From assembly GCA_040954595.2 (NCBI GenBank), contig CM082577.2, positions 13,833,903 to 13,897,902 on the forward strand: a DNA stretch of 64,000 nucleotides, given 5' to 3'. The notes below the pieces were generated by a model. The model searched no databases and was not told the origin of the DNA. It saw nothing but the letters and a program-made list of their open reading frames with translations. Within the stretch, counting starts at the first letter, position 1. Each line of letters opens with the position of its first letter. Below are positions 1-12,150 of this stretch, one piece after another. Origin of the DNA: Balanoglossus misakiensis. Taxonomy: Eukaryota > Animalia > Hemichordata. The position numbers were made by a program, and so were the translations under genes.

Positions 1-125
1 GCGTGGTTTTAAACAATCGGGAATTGTTCGTTCGTATCGTTGTTACAAATCATATTCGTGCAAAGGCACGAAGAGGGTGTGATGTAATTTTTGGACTAAA
101 TTTCAATGAGAATAACTCGATACTG

Positions 126-2122
126 ATGGAGAAGGACCAAAGCGGTAAGTGAGCAGAAGTGGTGATCTGATAAAAAAATTCAAACAACTTCAAACAACAC
201 ATTTTCATATCGCGGTGTTTCCGTATTATTCGGTTATGTAATGATTGTGAAGGAGATTGCTATAAAGCAAAAAATTCCGACAGAAATCATTAATTCGTTC
301 AGTGTACAGTACTAAAACTCTTGTATAATACTTCATGAAAGATCCATGTTCATTTTATCTCAGTAATTATATTCGTTACGTTAGGTATAATACATGTAGA
401 AGGCAAATCTGAATTTCAACCTTTACCAATACCATATTATTTTCTTTCAAGTGGAGATAACAGTTTTGGGTATGGGGTTTGCCTAAATCAGGTTTGGCTA
501 CCCGAAAAGTAAAATTGTCCCTATCACCCACCCACCCCGCACTGATCAAAACATGCATTGGTTAACAAAAGCATCATGTGTGTACTGAGGCCTGTGTGCA
601 TTATGGGTTTACCAGTTCTATTTATTTTTTCGTTCATCTGTGTACATGTGCGAGCATTTTCAACATTTCAAAGTTTGATTTCTTTTTTTATTTATTTCAG
701 GGTTCGTTATAATCGATGAGCGTGACTCGCTCTTTGAATTGGCCAACTCGATGCAGCATCAGATCCAAGAGTTGAAGAGCGATGTTGAGACTTTGAAAGA
801 ACATGTCAACAACGTATGCATTCCTGTACTAATAATGATTTCTCCTGCATAACTCAACAATATCTTGAATAGATCACGTCTCCAGCAGCATGGGTATAAA
901 ATATGAAGGCATAAAAACTTATTTTGACTAAAAAAGAATCCGTACATTCATTATTTTAAAGAAAGTCGAAGTTTAACAATTTTTGTGCGTGTATTTCATC
1001 ACTCTTGTTGTTGTCTCAGTACCAGTCTAACGTTTAATAATAATTTCCGTAGGTCGTTTAAATGCAAGTGAAATAAATGGATTTAGTCTGACAGATACAA
1101 TCATCTTGTTTCAGGCGGAGCAGCGAGAAGTAACACATCAGGTGTTTTGGAAATTGCTGGGGTCATTTGCTCTAGTGGCCATACCATTGGTCGCTACATT
1201 AGCCATACACCGCCTGATCAACACCTGGTCAGTGGACGCACAGATTGACGTAAGTACATATTGTGTCACAGACCCTAGAGTCCGTGATTGTACATAGTGT
1301 AATAACTGACTTGGCAATTTGAATTCGCATTTTTATCAAATTAAAGTCTATGGATTATGACAAATAGGTTCCTTTTGAATTGTAGAATATTAACGGTTTA
1401 GGAAAAATAAGTTTAAACGTCGCATCAAGCGAGTGGGGGGGGGTGCAATTGCTGCGATAATACCGGCGGCAAACATTGAATCTATACACGAAAAAACGCG
1501 ATTTAGAAGAGTTCATCAGAAAAAAAGAATTGTTTGCAAGGATAAACTTTCCCGTCAACTCAAGATTAAGCTTACATGTTTAAATTAAACACATGAACTA
1601 TGATGCGCTATAGTTTCGGTCAGCTGACCAACCCCATTGCTCACAGGTGTAAATTCAAAGTAAAATAAGATTAATATTGCGTAATCATGCAAAGATTCCA
1701 GAGATGACATGGATCACAATGACCCCCACAGCCACACAATCGCTTGCTTGACCAAATATTGCATTAATGTTGGCTGGACAAAAAAAAAATCCGTGTAGCC
1801 CGAAACTTTCCGCAAAGTTGTCCATTGGTACGGGTTGGTTTTTAAACTTACTTTTATGGGATTCCTCTTCCTTATATTGTAGACAATATTCCGAGTTGTG
1901 ATCTCCCTGATGTGCGCCTTCACGATCTGCTTTGGAGTTCCCGGTTACTTGCTCGGCTTCGACGCCAACTTTCTAATCTCGGAAGACGACGACGAGGACG
2001 ACGACGACGGAACGCCCTCTTCCGACGACGACGATGATGAGGATTTCGACCCGCGCGGAGAAGGCAGTGACACTGACGACAGCGATGACGGTGATGACGA
2101 AGGCGCCGGTGATGATATGTAA
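126..2122 (+). CDS. Uncharacterised 168-aa membrane protein (LIR-like motif, coiled coil, 2 TM helices, Asp-rich tail); 4 exons
   Basis: Phase-consistent GT-AG exons 126-144, 701-813, 1115-1249, 1883-2122 (507 nt) give MEKDQSGFVIIDERDSLFELANSMQHQIQELKSDVETLKEHVNNAEQREVTHQVFWKLLGSFALVAIPLVATLAIHRLINTWSVDAQIDTIFRVVISLMCAFTICFGVPGYLLGFDANFLISEDDDEDDDD...GAGDDM*. AATAAA near 2196. The 5' end is near the window edge, so the start codon is less certain. Confidence 0.7.
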
Positions 2123-2569
2123 TGATTAGTGGCTCATATCTATGAATCAAGAACCCGCCATCCTGGAAGCCAATTATTTGAGAAACACCGGAAAGAATAA
2201 AAGCTGATCTCGTCATGATTACATCGTTCTGTGTCTGTTCTTTCTTGCGCTTGGACTGAAAGATTCAGTCGTGAGCGGGCGCTCTGGCAATGCCTAGCCC
2301 CTTTTCCTGAAAGGTTATTAGATGGAGGAAGTTTCACACAGATATTCTAGAAACATTTCTTCATTGAATGTGAAATGATTTAGCTTAAAATTTTTAAATC
2401 AAAAGTAGTTACGTGGTGCGATAAGTTCCAGCCCACAGCGCCCTCATGTGACCGTTTGGTGATATTTTAGTGGTCCACTGGATGTTTTCCCGAGTCAACT
2501 GTGGGGTATTCATGGTCAACTTTATGGTTTTGGTTGTCGACAGGCCGTTTTCAACTCCCCACAGACGAA

Positions 2570-2767
2570 ATTTATAATCGGTGTTTATCATTCATTTATT
2601 TTGGCGAGATTTTTACTCTCATATCCTGCAAATGGGATGGAAGTTGTGTGTGGTTGAACATTGATTCATCCACATGATATATCCACATGTAGAATAACAT
2701 AAACAGTGTCTTGTATCAAACATAATTAATGGCAAAAGGGCAGCGAGAGAGAGACTTTGTCCCTTTA
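2570..2767. mobile_element. Family A MITE, right half
   Basis: Ends GCAGCGAGAGAGAGACTTTGTCCCTTTAA and matches the right arm of 26646-26998. Confidence 0.75.
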
Positions 2768-3524
2768 AAAGGAAATGTTTATAATGTGACTACTGAGGGC
2801 ATGAGGTACCCCGGTAGATGAGCTTTTATTACCATAACCCTAATGTACATGTAGCCTTCATAAAACTTCACTGATTTGTGGCTTGCCAACAGAATTAAGA
2901 AGGTGAAAACGTGAATTGGAACAACACAGTTGTCTATTTTGGCGGTGTATTCTTTTATTCCATTCAGTATCCTTACAAAACAAAAAATACTACTTTAATG
3001 AAAACTGTCAAATACAGAAGAAGTACTGAAAATGTTCAGCCATACAAAACATGAATTGTTCAAGGCGAGGTGGAAGTGTATACAAATGTTCACAAATAGT
3101 TATATTTTTAAAGGCATAATTTTTTCGATGTGCTGTACAATGTCATGGAAGTTTGAGGTGGAAACTCAACATGAAATTTTGACTATTATCAATTTATCTG
3201 ATTGATCAACTGATTGATATATACATTAAAAACAAAACATCAGTACCATCAAATACTAAAATTCAGCCATTTTCCATAATACATAAATGTTCTCCCATCT
3301 CTAATCTGTGCAAGTAACATTGGACAATAATGCCATGTACATGTACTATCTACATCATAATATTACACTGCTCTCACTTTTTATCCTTCGTTGATTTCAT
3401 CTACAGTACACTGTATGATTTCCTGATAGACAAACTTTCTCTAAAACAATTAGTATATACTCTCAAGCAGTTTCCTCTTTGATTATTATAACAACTCAAG
3501 TTTTAAGACAAAACATATGAAACA

Positions 3525-4180
3525 TTATACACATGATGACTGACAATGAGGGCAACAGTATACACATGATGACTGACAATGAGGGCAACAGTGTATTTTG
3601 ATGACCGAGGGTGCTGCTAGTCACAACTAAAACAGTCTTGTTTTCCCGAGGGCATAGCCCGAGGGAAAACAGACTGTTTTGGTGTGACTGGCAGTCCCGA
3701 GGTCATCAAAAATACACTGTTGCCCGAATATGTCAGCCATCATGTGTTTTATAACACACCAAACCGATCGAACTGATGCCCAAGGCAACAGTTCGAAATG
3801 ACTAAGGTCACGTGACGTCGTATTGACGAATCACGATCGAGGGTTCGCTGCATGGTGTGTTATAATGTATTTTGATGACCGAGGGCGCTGCTAGTCACAA
3901 CTAAAACAGTCTTGTTTTCCCGAGGGCATAGCCCGAGGGAAAACAGACTGTTTTGGTGTGACTGGCAGTCCCAAGGTCATCAAAAATACAATGTTGCCCG
4001 AATATGTCAGTCATCATGTGTTTTATAACACACCGAACACGACACACACCACATCCAGGCAACAGTACCGGGCAGAAACTGATCGAAATGATGCCATAGG
4101 GAACAGTTCGAAATGACTAAGGTCACGTGACGGCGTATTGATGAATCACGATCGAGGGTTCGCTGCATGGTGTGTTATAA
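3525..4180. mobile_element. Internally palindromic, tandemly duplicated non-autonomous element (Crypton-like, tentative)
   Basis: Two related units (about 3592-3865 and 3866-4180), each with a long hairpin centred on TTTTCCCGAGGGCATAGCCCGAGGGAAAA. TTATA direct repeats at 3525-3529 and 4175-4179. A reverse-complement fragment recurs at about 56428-56546. Confidence 0.6.
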
Positions 4181-4378
4181 TCACTACTGTCCTTGTCAAA
4201 TCTTCCATTGTCAATACTGTCCTGTAGAAGCTAGGTGCTCTGATATACATAAACTAATGAGTATATAGTACTGGTATACCAACTGTCAATTTCTGATGAT
4301 ACCCTCATAAAAACCACAGTCTATCACATAAGACAAATGCTTGTAAAATGAAACTGAATTTCGAAAAGTTCCATATCA

Positions 4379-7300
4379 TTAACAGCACTTTACCTTCACA
4401 TAGCTGAAGACAAGTTTCAGCAGAATGAACAAAATTGGGATTCCAAGTTGCATCTGAAATTGGAATAGATCAAACATATGAACATAATTGTATGGCATAT
4501 CGTATAATAGTATGATCCCTAATGTCATACAAATAAAATACAACTGATCTCAATTTAGATCCTGACACTCAAGTGGAAATACCACACCTCTGGTATTGAC
4601 GGAGTATACATTATGTCCTCATGGTTGCCGTTTATCTGATACCGGGGTTTACTGAGAGTTCGCGCCCACCCGAAAGGGCGCCCACGGGCGGTTATTTGGG
4701 GGTGGGCCGTTATTTAGAATTACTGTTTCACTTTCGACTTGATCAGTGGCAAGAAAAGTGTTTCACAACACTGTACCCTATATATATCATTGAGTGTCAA
4801 CTAAAATATACTTCTGCATTTAGCTAAATGGGAGATAAACTTTTCTGTCGATTAAAGCCCCAGTATTTCTCGTGTGTATCCATTTTTCATCATCGAAAAA
4901 TGCCCGTTTTTCCCGTACATTCATCATGGAATACTATATAATGAAGATAGAAGAAAGGTTTGGGCAACTGTAGCTACGTGCAAGCTGTAAATATTGCCCG
5001 TAACACTTGAAATGATGCGCGGGTTTGTTTACAACGGAAATGTTGTACATGTCGATCAGCAAACGTGCCACTTTGACATTTTGATGGTCAGACCATTTTC
5101 GGATTTGATCTGGTTCCATCGACTGATTTCTCCCATTAAGTTATCTTCCCAAAATTTCGCCGAATTAGTGCGCATTTCTTCGCTGAGTCGCTTGATTTGG
5201 GGCGACCAAACCTCTTCCGCATAGATTCACATTGGAGTGCGCATGCGCACTAGTCACGTGTGTCAACAGGAGCCTGACTCACGTGACTTTCTGTCCGGAC
5301 AGAAAGTCATTCTTCACTCGTTATATTGTAAATTGTACGAGTTTATGAGCAGAGCTGGGGATGATGACTGTTCGATTCAGTATCAATTATCATCTATTTT
5401 TAGAAATTATAGATGCCGTTTCAAACAAAATTTTGCCCCTACGAGAAATACTGAGGCTTTAACAGCCCTGGGCGGTTAATTAGCTCCACATGTACACCAT
5501 ACAATGTAGCCACTTTCTGTATAACAGCCCTGGGCGAACTCTCAGTAAACCCCGGTACCATGCGTGTATATTTGAATCAACTGTTGATTTTATGGGACTT
5601 TGGGTTTACAAAAAGCCAGTTGATGTAAAATTCTCCCCAAATGATATGAGACTATGGTCATGAACAATCTATACTTTTAATTGTGGTCTACCCATTTTTT
5701 CAGAAACATGGTTGGACCTATACGCACACTCTGTGGGGTTATATGAAGAAATCTTTCAAAAAAACGTTACTGTGCAAAGTGCTTGCAGAGCATACTTACA
5801 AAATGAAAGATGGTAGTCGAAAGCATATCTGATTGGAAACTTAGGAAGTAAATTAAAAGGCTGTAAGAGAGAAAAAAGAATGTATTAAAAATACACTATC
5901 TTATCTGCTCAATATTCAGGCTGCATTAACTTTTCAGATATTTTTCAAGTACACGGAAATGTTGCCAACAAGAACCAAAAATAAGGGATATTATTACCTC
6001 ATGAAAGGGTAGACACATAATTTTGCTGCTAAGTAGGCATGTGATTGACCTCGGTAACTAGCACTTGGATGAATGCGTTGTTGTCTGGGAAACAAACATG
6101 AAAATGACTCTTAAATATAGCTGTGAACAGCAATAGGCGGGTTTCGAGACACGACTAGCCCTATTGGTTCGCCTGGAGATAGATATGTGCATATTTAATG
6201 AGTCAGGGTGAAGGACTGCATTAGTTGTTCTATCACTCCAAATGCCGAGGGTGTATGTGCTGTGGATGCTCAGATGTGGTAAAGTACATCAAAGGTCATG
6301 TGAGGTCACCCTAAATATGAGCAGAAAACTCCCAGAAAGTAAGACATTATAATGGAAAAATTAATGTACAACTGTACAATTTTTGAACTTACGGTTTACA
6401 AAGCGCTGTAACAAACATCATCACTTGGCACATGCTTGCACAAAACAGGACGACACAGTTCAACTGGATTGCTATCCTCTCATTGTGGTCAAAGTCGGAG
6501 GCTGTAAATTGACTAGTCAACTTGAACGCTAACGGTGCAATTCCTATGCATGCTAATGACTGGGAAGGGGTGGTTGGAGAAACAGAAAAAAAATGTCTTA
6601 ATTAATTACTAATGAATACTCTAGGTACCAATCAATTCTTTGAAATCTATTTTTACCGACCAGGAAGTTGTGTGCGTAATGACTGATAGGTGACTGACTC
6701 AGTGATTGACCCTTCATAAATAACAAAAAAGCAGTATTTGTCATTTCAATGCATATCATTTCCACTCCAGGTCAATGCAATACTTACCCATGTATTAAAT
6801 GATGACATCAGTCTGTTGCACTTTAGTAGAAACTATGAAATTAAAAGAATAAGGAAACACAAATCAGCTTTCTGAGTCATTCAAATTTGTAACAAACAAG
6901 CAAAAAAAGTTCCAAGGCATAATAGAAATGGCAGGAGCACTTTGAATAAGGGAGTCTACTAGTTGTTCTAAACAGCAAAAGTTATACAGTAGTAAACCCG
7001 TCCAAACCGGACACCAAAGGGACTTAGAATATTGTTTGGTTTGCACAAGTGTCTGGTTCATAGAGGTTCTTTTAACATGTGGTTCAATGTGAAAAGGTCT
7101 GAAAAGGGTGTTCGGTATAGACAGGGTTTGGTTCAGACAGATTTCATGCTATTGACCGTGCTATGAGATATATACGCACATGACAAACGGAGTGGTGAAC
7201 AAACCACAGCATTCCAACGGTGATGAATGTACCTAGATATGCCAAATAGGCCGTCCAATCTTTCCTTAATGCAGCTGCCAGATCTCCTCCCCTGTCATCG

Positions 7301-10300
7301 ACCTCTTGATGTGTGGGGATATTGTCTTCACTGTGAATGAAATAGGCTAGACATTACAGTGGACACACATTCATCTCTAAATGACGTCTTTTTTCTCACA
7401 ATTTCAGAAGTTTCTCTCAGAGGGTACGATAACATGATAGAACTTTACTTTGAAATCAAAGTCACAATTGAACATCAAAATACACAGTATGATGTCTTCT
7501 GATCACAGATCAGTCTAGAGTTAACGTTCGTGAGATTGAAGACATCTTACCAGATGTCAAGAATGATGAGAGTTGCCACTATCGCATACACTCCATCACT
7601 GAACGCCTCCACTCTTTCCATGGACAGCACTTCCTGTGTGTATTTGTCAGGAATGAATTCTGCATCCGGTAAACTTGTTCTACCCATTCCTGTGTGACAG
7701 AGACTTTAGCTTTTAATTCACAAGAAATGCTCAAGTTGCATGTATACTCTTGACATCATGTTAAATTATGTGACTGAGTGAGGGAGATAATTTTTGTATG
7801 ATTTTCATTCAGTGAAGATTTTTTTTTACTATTTGGCCACTACATAATGCTGGCTACATTGACGCACAAATTGTCTGAACATCCTGTCGTCGGAAGTGGA
7901 ACAAGAAACTACAGTTCATACACTGAAAACACACTGAGGAATTATTTACGACGACTTACTTTTGCATTTATTATAGAGCCAATATAAAGCTTTACGGGCT
8001 GGTTGTCCAAACAATAACAAAAACAGCAAGACTTGCCCCTGAAAACGACACCATAACACAAAAATCAAACAACGAGGTAACCTAGACCATGTATGTAAAC
8101 CCATTCCACATTTAGATATGCATGTGTACCAGAAAATGTGTTCTAAGGGCTACACTGATTCCTGTGTGCCTAAAATGGACCAATGTTGTTCCAGGGCAGA
8201 TATTACGATAGATTTGCATCAAACCATGTAATGGTTGTGAAAGGGTTAACTTACAACATAAGCATTTATCACACCAACAAGGGCTGCTACAGTACAGATC
8301 ACAGGATACGTCAGCAGAACTTGAAATAATGCAGCTCTTTTCTTGTTCTAGAATAAATTTAAAAAAACATCAATGACACTATGTACAAGTCCATCAAATT
8401 TATTGCATTCATGTATAACAAGAAATCATGCACTAAAGATTTATTTTCTCACCCTTCTCCCATGTTATTAATTGGCCCATCCCTTATGCTGGATATTGGC
8501 CAGACAACTTTTGGTCATAGTTTATTTAGACTCTGGACTGAGAGTGATGTTTTGACAGAGTAATCCATTTAAAGCGCGTAGCTCGTCTCACGCGCATGCG
8601 CGTATCTTCCCAGCAAATTTTCCGTTCGATGCATTCAAATAGTGGACTGCCTTCGCTTCCTTCCATATTTCATGTGCACCGTATAAGTAGATTCTTGTTT
8701 TGTCCCTCCTTTTCACCCAAGCTAGTGTCTTTTCACGATCTCCGACACAGATTATGGTCGCCGCCATCTTCTCTGTTGTTAGGGCAGAGCACTGCCTTAT
8801 GGGATTGACTGTTCACTAAACGTCTGTAACCAGCGGCTACAGTTGGAACATGCGTGTGAGACGAGCTATGCGCTTTAACAATTTCCTGTATAATGTCAAA
8901 GTACGACTTGTATGACTCTACCTTTTCTGGATCCAACAACACTTCTTGTGTGAGAATTCTTTGGGCACATTTGAATGCATACCACACAGTAAATGTCTGA
9001 AGGAAAAAAAAGACAATGTTCTTGAATAGTTTAATTACTGGGTGTCAGTTCATGTGTATTATTTATTCTCTGTACAGAAACATGGCCATAAGAACTGCAA
9101 TGGTTGAACTTGCCTCTCAACATACTGAATCACAACTTTTTTATATTACAGAAGACCATGTAGTCATTCAATGAGCCAGTGGCCAGATGTTTTTTTACGA
9201 CAATTTTAAATTGACCAAATTCCATGTTGACATAGTTCCAACTTGTCTTCCCTGACCCCTGACCTACCTGTAGAAGTCCAATCAGAGTGATGCACAAAGA
9301 GTAGATTCCTATCGACACTGTGAAAGCTGGGAACGTACCTAGCAAGATAAACTGAAATCAAAGTTTTATCAGTTAAATTGATTAGTATTGTATAATAAAA
9401 ACACTGGAAGTTGGACATGTTTTCCACCCACGTTTCAGTTTCTCACTTTGTCATGGCGCATTTAAAACCTATTAAACATGTCAAGTATTTCCCAAAGAGT
9501 AAATATTTGATTTTGGTAATAAATGGCAGTGAATATACTTACACTGAATGGTAGAAAAGTAACCACCATTAGTATTCCCTGTAATGAATCCAAAACACCG
9601 AGATCAAGGAGCAGGTATAGGTCTTTTAAAGAGAGCTGTTTATTTGTATGTTGTGTAAATGTGAATTTACATATTACAAGAGAACACCTGGCCACTGAAT
9701 ATGTTCCTAAAGTTCCTTCTTTCATCACCAGTATTTTATGTTGGCATATGACATCATGAAGGGCTTATGAAGTTCTTCCGTTTTGCAACCTTATAGGCCG
9801 TGTTCACTCCACACACTGTGATTAGGCAAATAGAGTTCGCCTGCAATGAATGATAGCGTATCTCAAACTAGCCTAGTCCTAGCCGTATTTTGTCCGCTTT
9901 GCTTCCATAACTAACACCTAGCCTCACTCACGCCACTAACCCAATAAAACCCCATACCCCTTGCTGGGCATTGTGATGTACCGGTAACTAGCGTCAATCA
10001 GAGACTTTGTTTTTCAAATGATTGGACAAAGGATATACACATGTGTAATTAAGGATGGGTAACAGTTTTAATTCCAATTTAGCCCTGCCTTCACTATAAC
10101 CTTACACCCAATCACCATTGTTCAATTTATGTGAGTGACTTCAAGGGGACGCTAGTTACATCACAATTCCCGGGAAGGGGTATGGGGTTTTATTGGGCCA
10201 GTGGCATGAGTGAGGCTAGGCATTAGTTTTTTGGAAGCAAAGCGGACAAAATATGGCTAGGACTAGGCTAATCTCAAACTTGCCCCATACATGATGTCAA

Positions 10301-11747
10301 AACATGCATAAAAATGGGTGAGTGAATGATGGATTCTCAAATCTCAATGTTGTTACTCAGGCCAATGCTACTCACCAAATTTAGAAGCACGATGGCATCA
10401 TCCGCTTTGGCGATTATTTGGAAAATCCTGAAATAGAAAGGTTTTGATAATAAGATCGGAATAATCGGAAATATACACAGGACCATGCTCTGCTTCATAT
10501 TACCCAAAACCACAGACTGATAATAGAGGTGTCTAATCATCTACATCCACAACAATCATTAACCACTTTTCCAGAAATGGAACAGGAAGATTGCTGTTTT
10601 TTCTGTGCATGTGCATCATCATGGAACATCGTGTGGAGTTTTATTAAAACACTTCAGTTGGTATTTCTTGAAACACTGTCATTCTTTAAATGAAGATGTC
10701 CAAATGTTTCCGGGTACCCACACCCTTACAATCCCCCCCCCCCCACCCCAGCAGACTGTAGACTCATTTTGAAAATAACATCCAGGAAAGTGGTCCACAA
10801 ATACATGCAGAAATATAAAAGGTTGAAATGTTAACCTACCAGACATGGCCAGCCCAGGCAGAACTGACAACAAAGAAAGACAAGAGATACACCACAAGCA
10901 AGGGTAGCAGCTCACCTATTGTCTCATAGAGACTCTGTTGATGGAAAAAACGGTGCCAGGATAAATATCAAAATTTTTTGCAGACCACAACAAAAATCCA
11001 ACTGACCTCTATCACTAATTTCAAGACAAAAGAACACCTTAATCTAGTCTTTTTATATGAAACGGGCATGTCATAAATGTGTAGTATTACATTTCTCTAT
11101 ATTTTTATTGATTTACTATATTCCCTCATAGTTGCTTGTATACAGTCACCAACTTGACCAAGTCTGTTCTGAGTGTACTAAAATAATAGACATTCCTGCT
11201 GTCTACATCTAGATACCACTTGAAGCTATATTGTCAGGAAAATGAAAATACTATAGTTTTAAAGATATTTAATTGTATATCAGCATGGGATTTATAATTC
11301 ATGTGTGTCTGATAATGCAAAACCTTCTGCAATGCTTGTTACCTTATGAGAATCTATTTCATGGTGAGTGATTGGCAGAATCTGCAAGTGAAGAGAAATA
11401 TTGAACAACTTTCACATTGAATAGGAAACATTCGACCTCGCGCCACCATAGATAGGCTTTTGGTCCAGAGTTCGACATTCAAAATTCCCGCTTTCGATGT
11501 CCATGGTCAAAAACACGATCAATGCCACACCCCCACCCCGCAGATGGAATCTTACCATTACTGTCGCAATGATAGAAAAGATGGCATCACTGTAGGCCTC
11601 CAGGCGAGAAGAGCCGGTTAGTGAGTTTGTACTCTCCTGTATGCTATACTGTGCGGAATCTTGTGGTTCCTGGGCATCTGTGTCTTGTGGGTCACGTACA
11701 AGGAAATCGCTGTCGCCATCGCGATCGTCTTCCAAGAGGCTCGCCAT
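4379..11747 (-). CDS. TMEM175: Endosomal/lysosomal K+/H+ channel TMEM175
   Basis: Exons 11556-11747, 11343-11381, 10840-10934, 10376-10427, 9543-9578, 9268-9351, 8922-8996, 8255-8347, 7960-8038, 7551-7689, 7180-7330, 6788-6832, 6393-6559, 5998-6084, 5800-5860, 4394-4453 splice in frame (485 codons). Both repeat signatures are present: RLEAYSDAIFSIIATVMILP and RVEAFSDGVYAIVATLIILDIC; also WFVHHS. The 3' end is ambiguous: read-through stop at 4379 or an extra exon from 4221. Confidence 0.93.
4642..5555. mobile_element. Non-autonomous Tc1/mariner-type element (TA TSD) in a TMEM175 intron
   Basis: TIRs CCGGGGTTTACTGAGAGTTCGC / GCGAACTCTCAGTAAACCCCGG, each flanked by TA. Confidence 0.8.
8630..8815. 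repeat. Dispersed repeat family (also ~34429-34660, and reverse complement ~20650-20760)
   Basis: Shared ATTCAAATAGTGGACTGC...GCCGCCATCTT...TGTTGTTAGG...GCCTT. Confidence 0.7.
9869..10270. mobile_element. MITE with long TIRs and 9-bp TSD (AcademH- or MULE-like)
   Basis: TAGCCTAGTCCTAGCC...GGCTAGGACTAGGCTA with imperfect TIRs of more than 100 bp; TSD ATCTCAAAC at 9860-9868 and 10271-10279. Confidence 0.85.
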
Positions 11748-11811
11748 GTTTGTTTTTGTTGATGAAGCGCGCCCTCAGACATCTTAACTTGGAATATAGC
11801 ATTCCGTGCAA

Positions 11812-12022
11812 GACTAGACCACTAGTCGCTTGGTGATTTTTGAATCTCAGTACATTTTTGTGTTTGCGTTGTTTAGTCTTAATAAATAATTTCAAAACGT
11901 TTTGTGTGCATGCTTGCTTTAAGCGTGTTTCTAGTAGTGAGTTTAGGTTCGAATTTTGGACTGAGCTCACGGTTTCGCGGTTAGCGTCGACCAACATGAC
12001 CAAGGGCCTACGCTTTCCCTAC
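11812..12022. repeat. Dispersed repeat directly upstream of the TMEM175 ATG
   Basis: Reverse-complement homologue at about 57686-57899 (shared GACTGAGC, TGCATGCTTG, CGCTTGGTG, CCTACGC blocks). Confidence 0.7.
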
Positions 12023-12023
12023 A

Positions 12024-12150
12024 CATACGGTCACCTCCAATTCTAAAGAACGCTTTATTTTCGCGTGTGTGCCACCCACTGAAAATCTGTGATTGGTTAG
12101 ATCTCGATTTACCATGGTAACTGTGACTAAATTTGTATAGGTGACCGTAT
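12024..12150. mobile_element. Short Kolobok-like MITE (family also at ~21470-21576 and ~55481-55580)
   Basis: ATACGGTCACCT...AGGTGACCGTAT inverted ends; shared core GCCACCCACTGAAAATCYGTGATTGG; the other copies keep a TTAAAGGTATAC end. Confidence 0.65.

Noticed and set aside
3770-3800. CTGATG...CGAAA resembling a hammerhead ribozyme core
   Set aside because: Lacks the CUGANGA consensus and the required stems.
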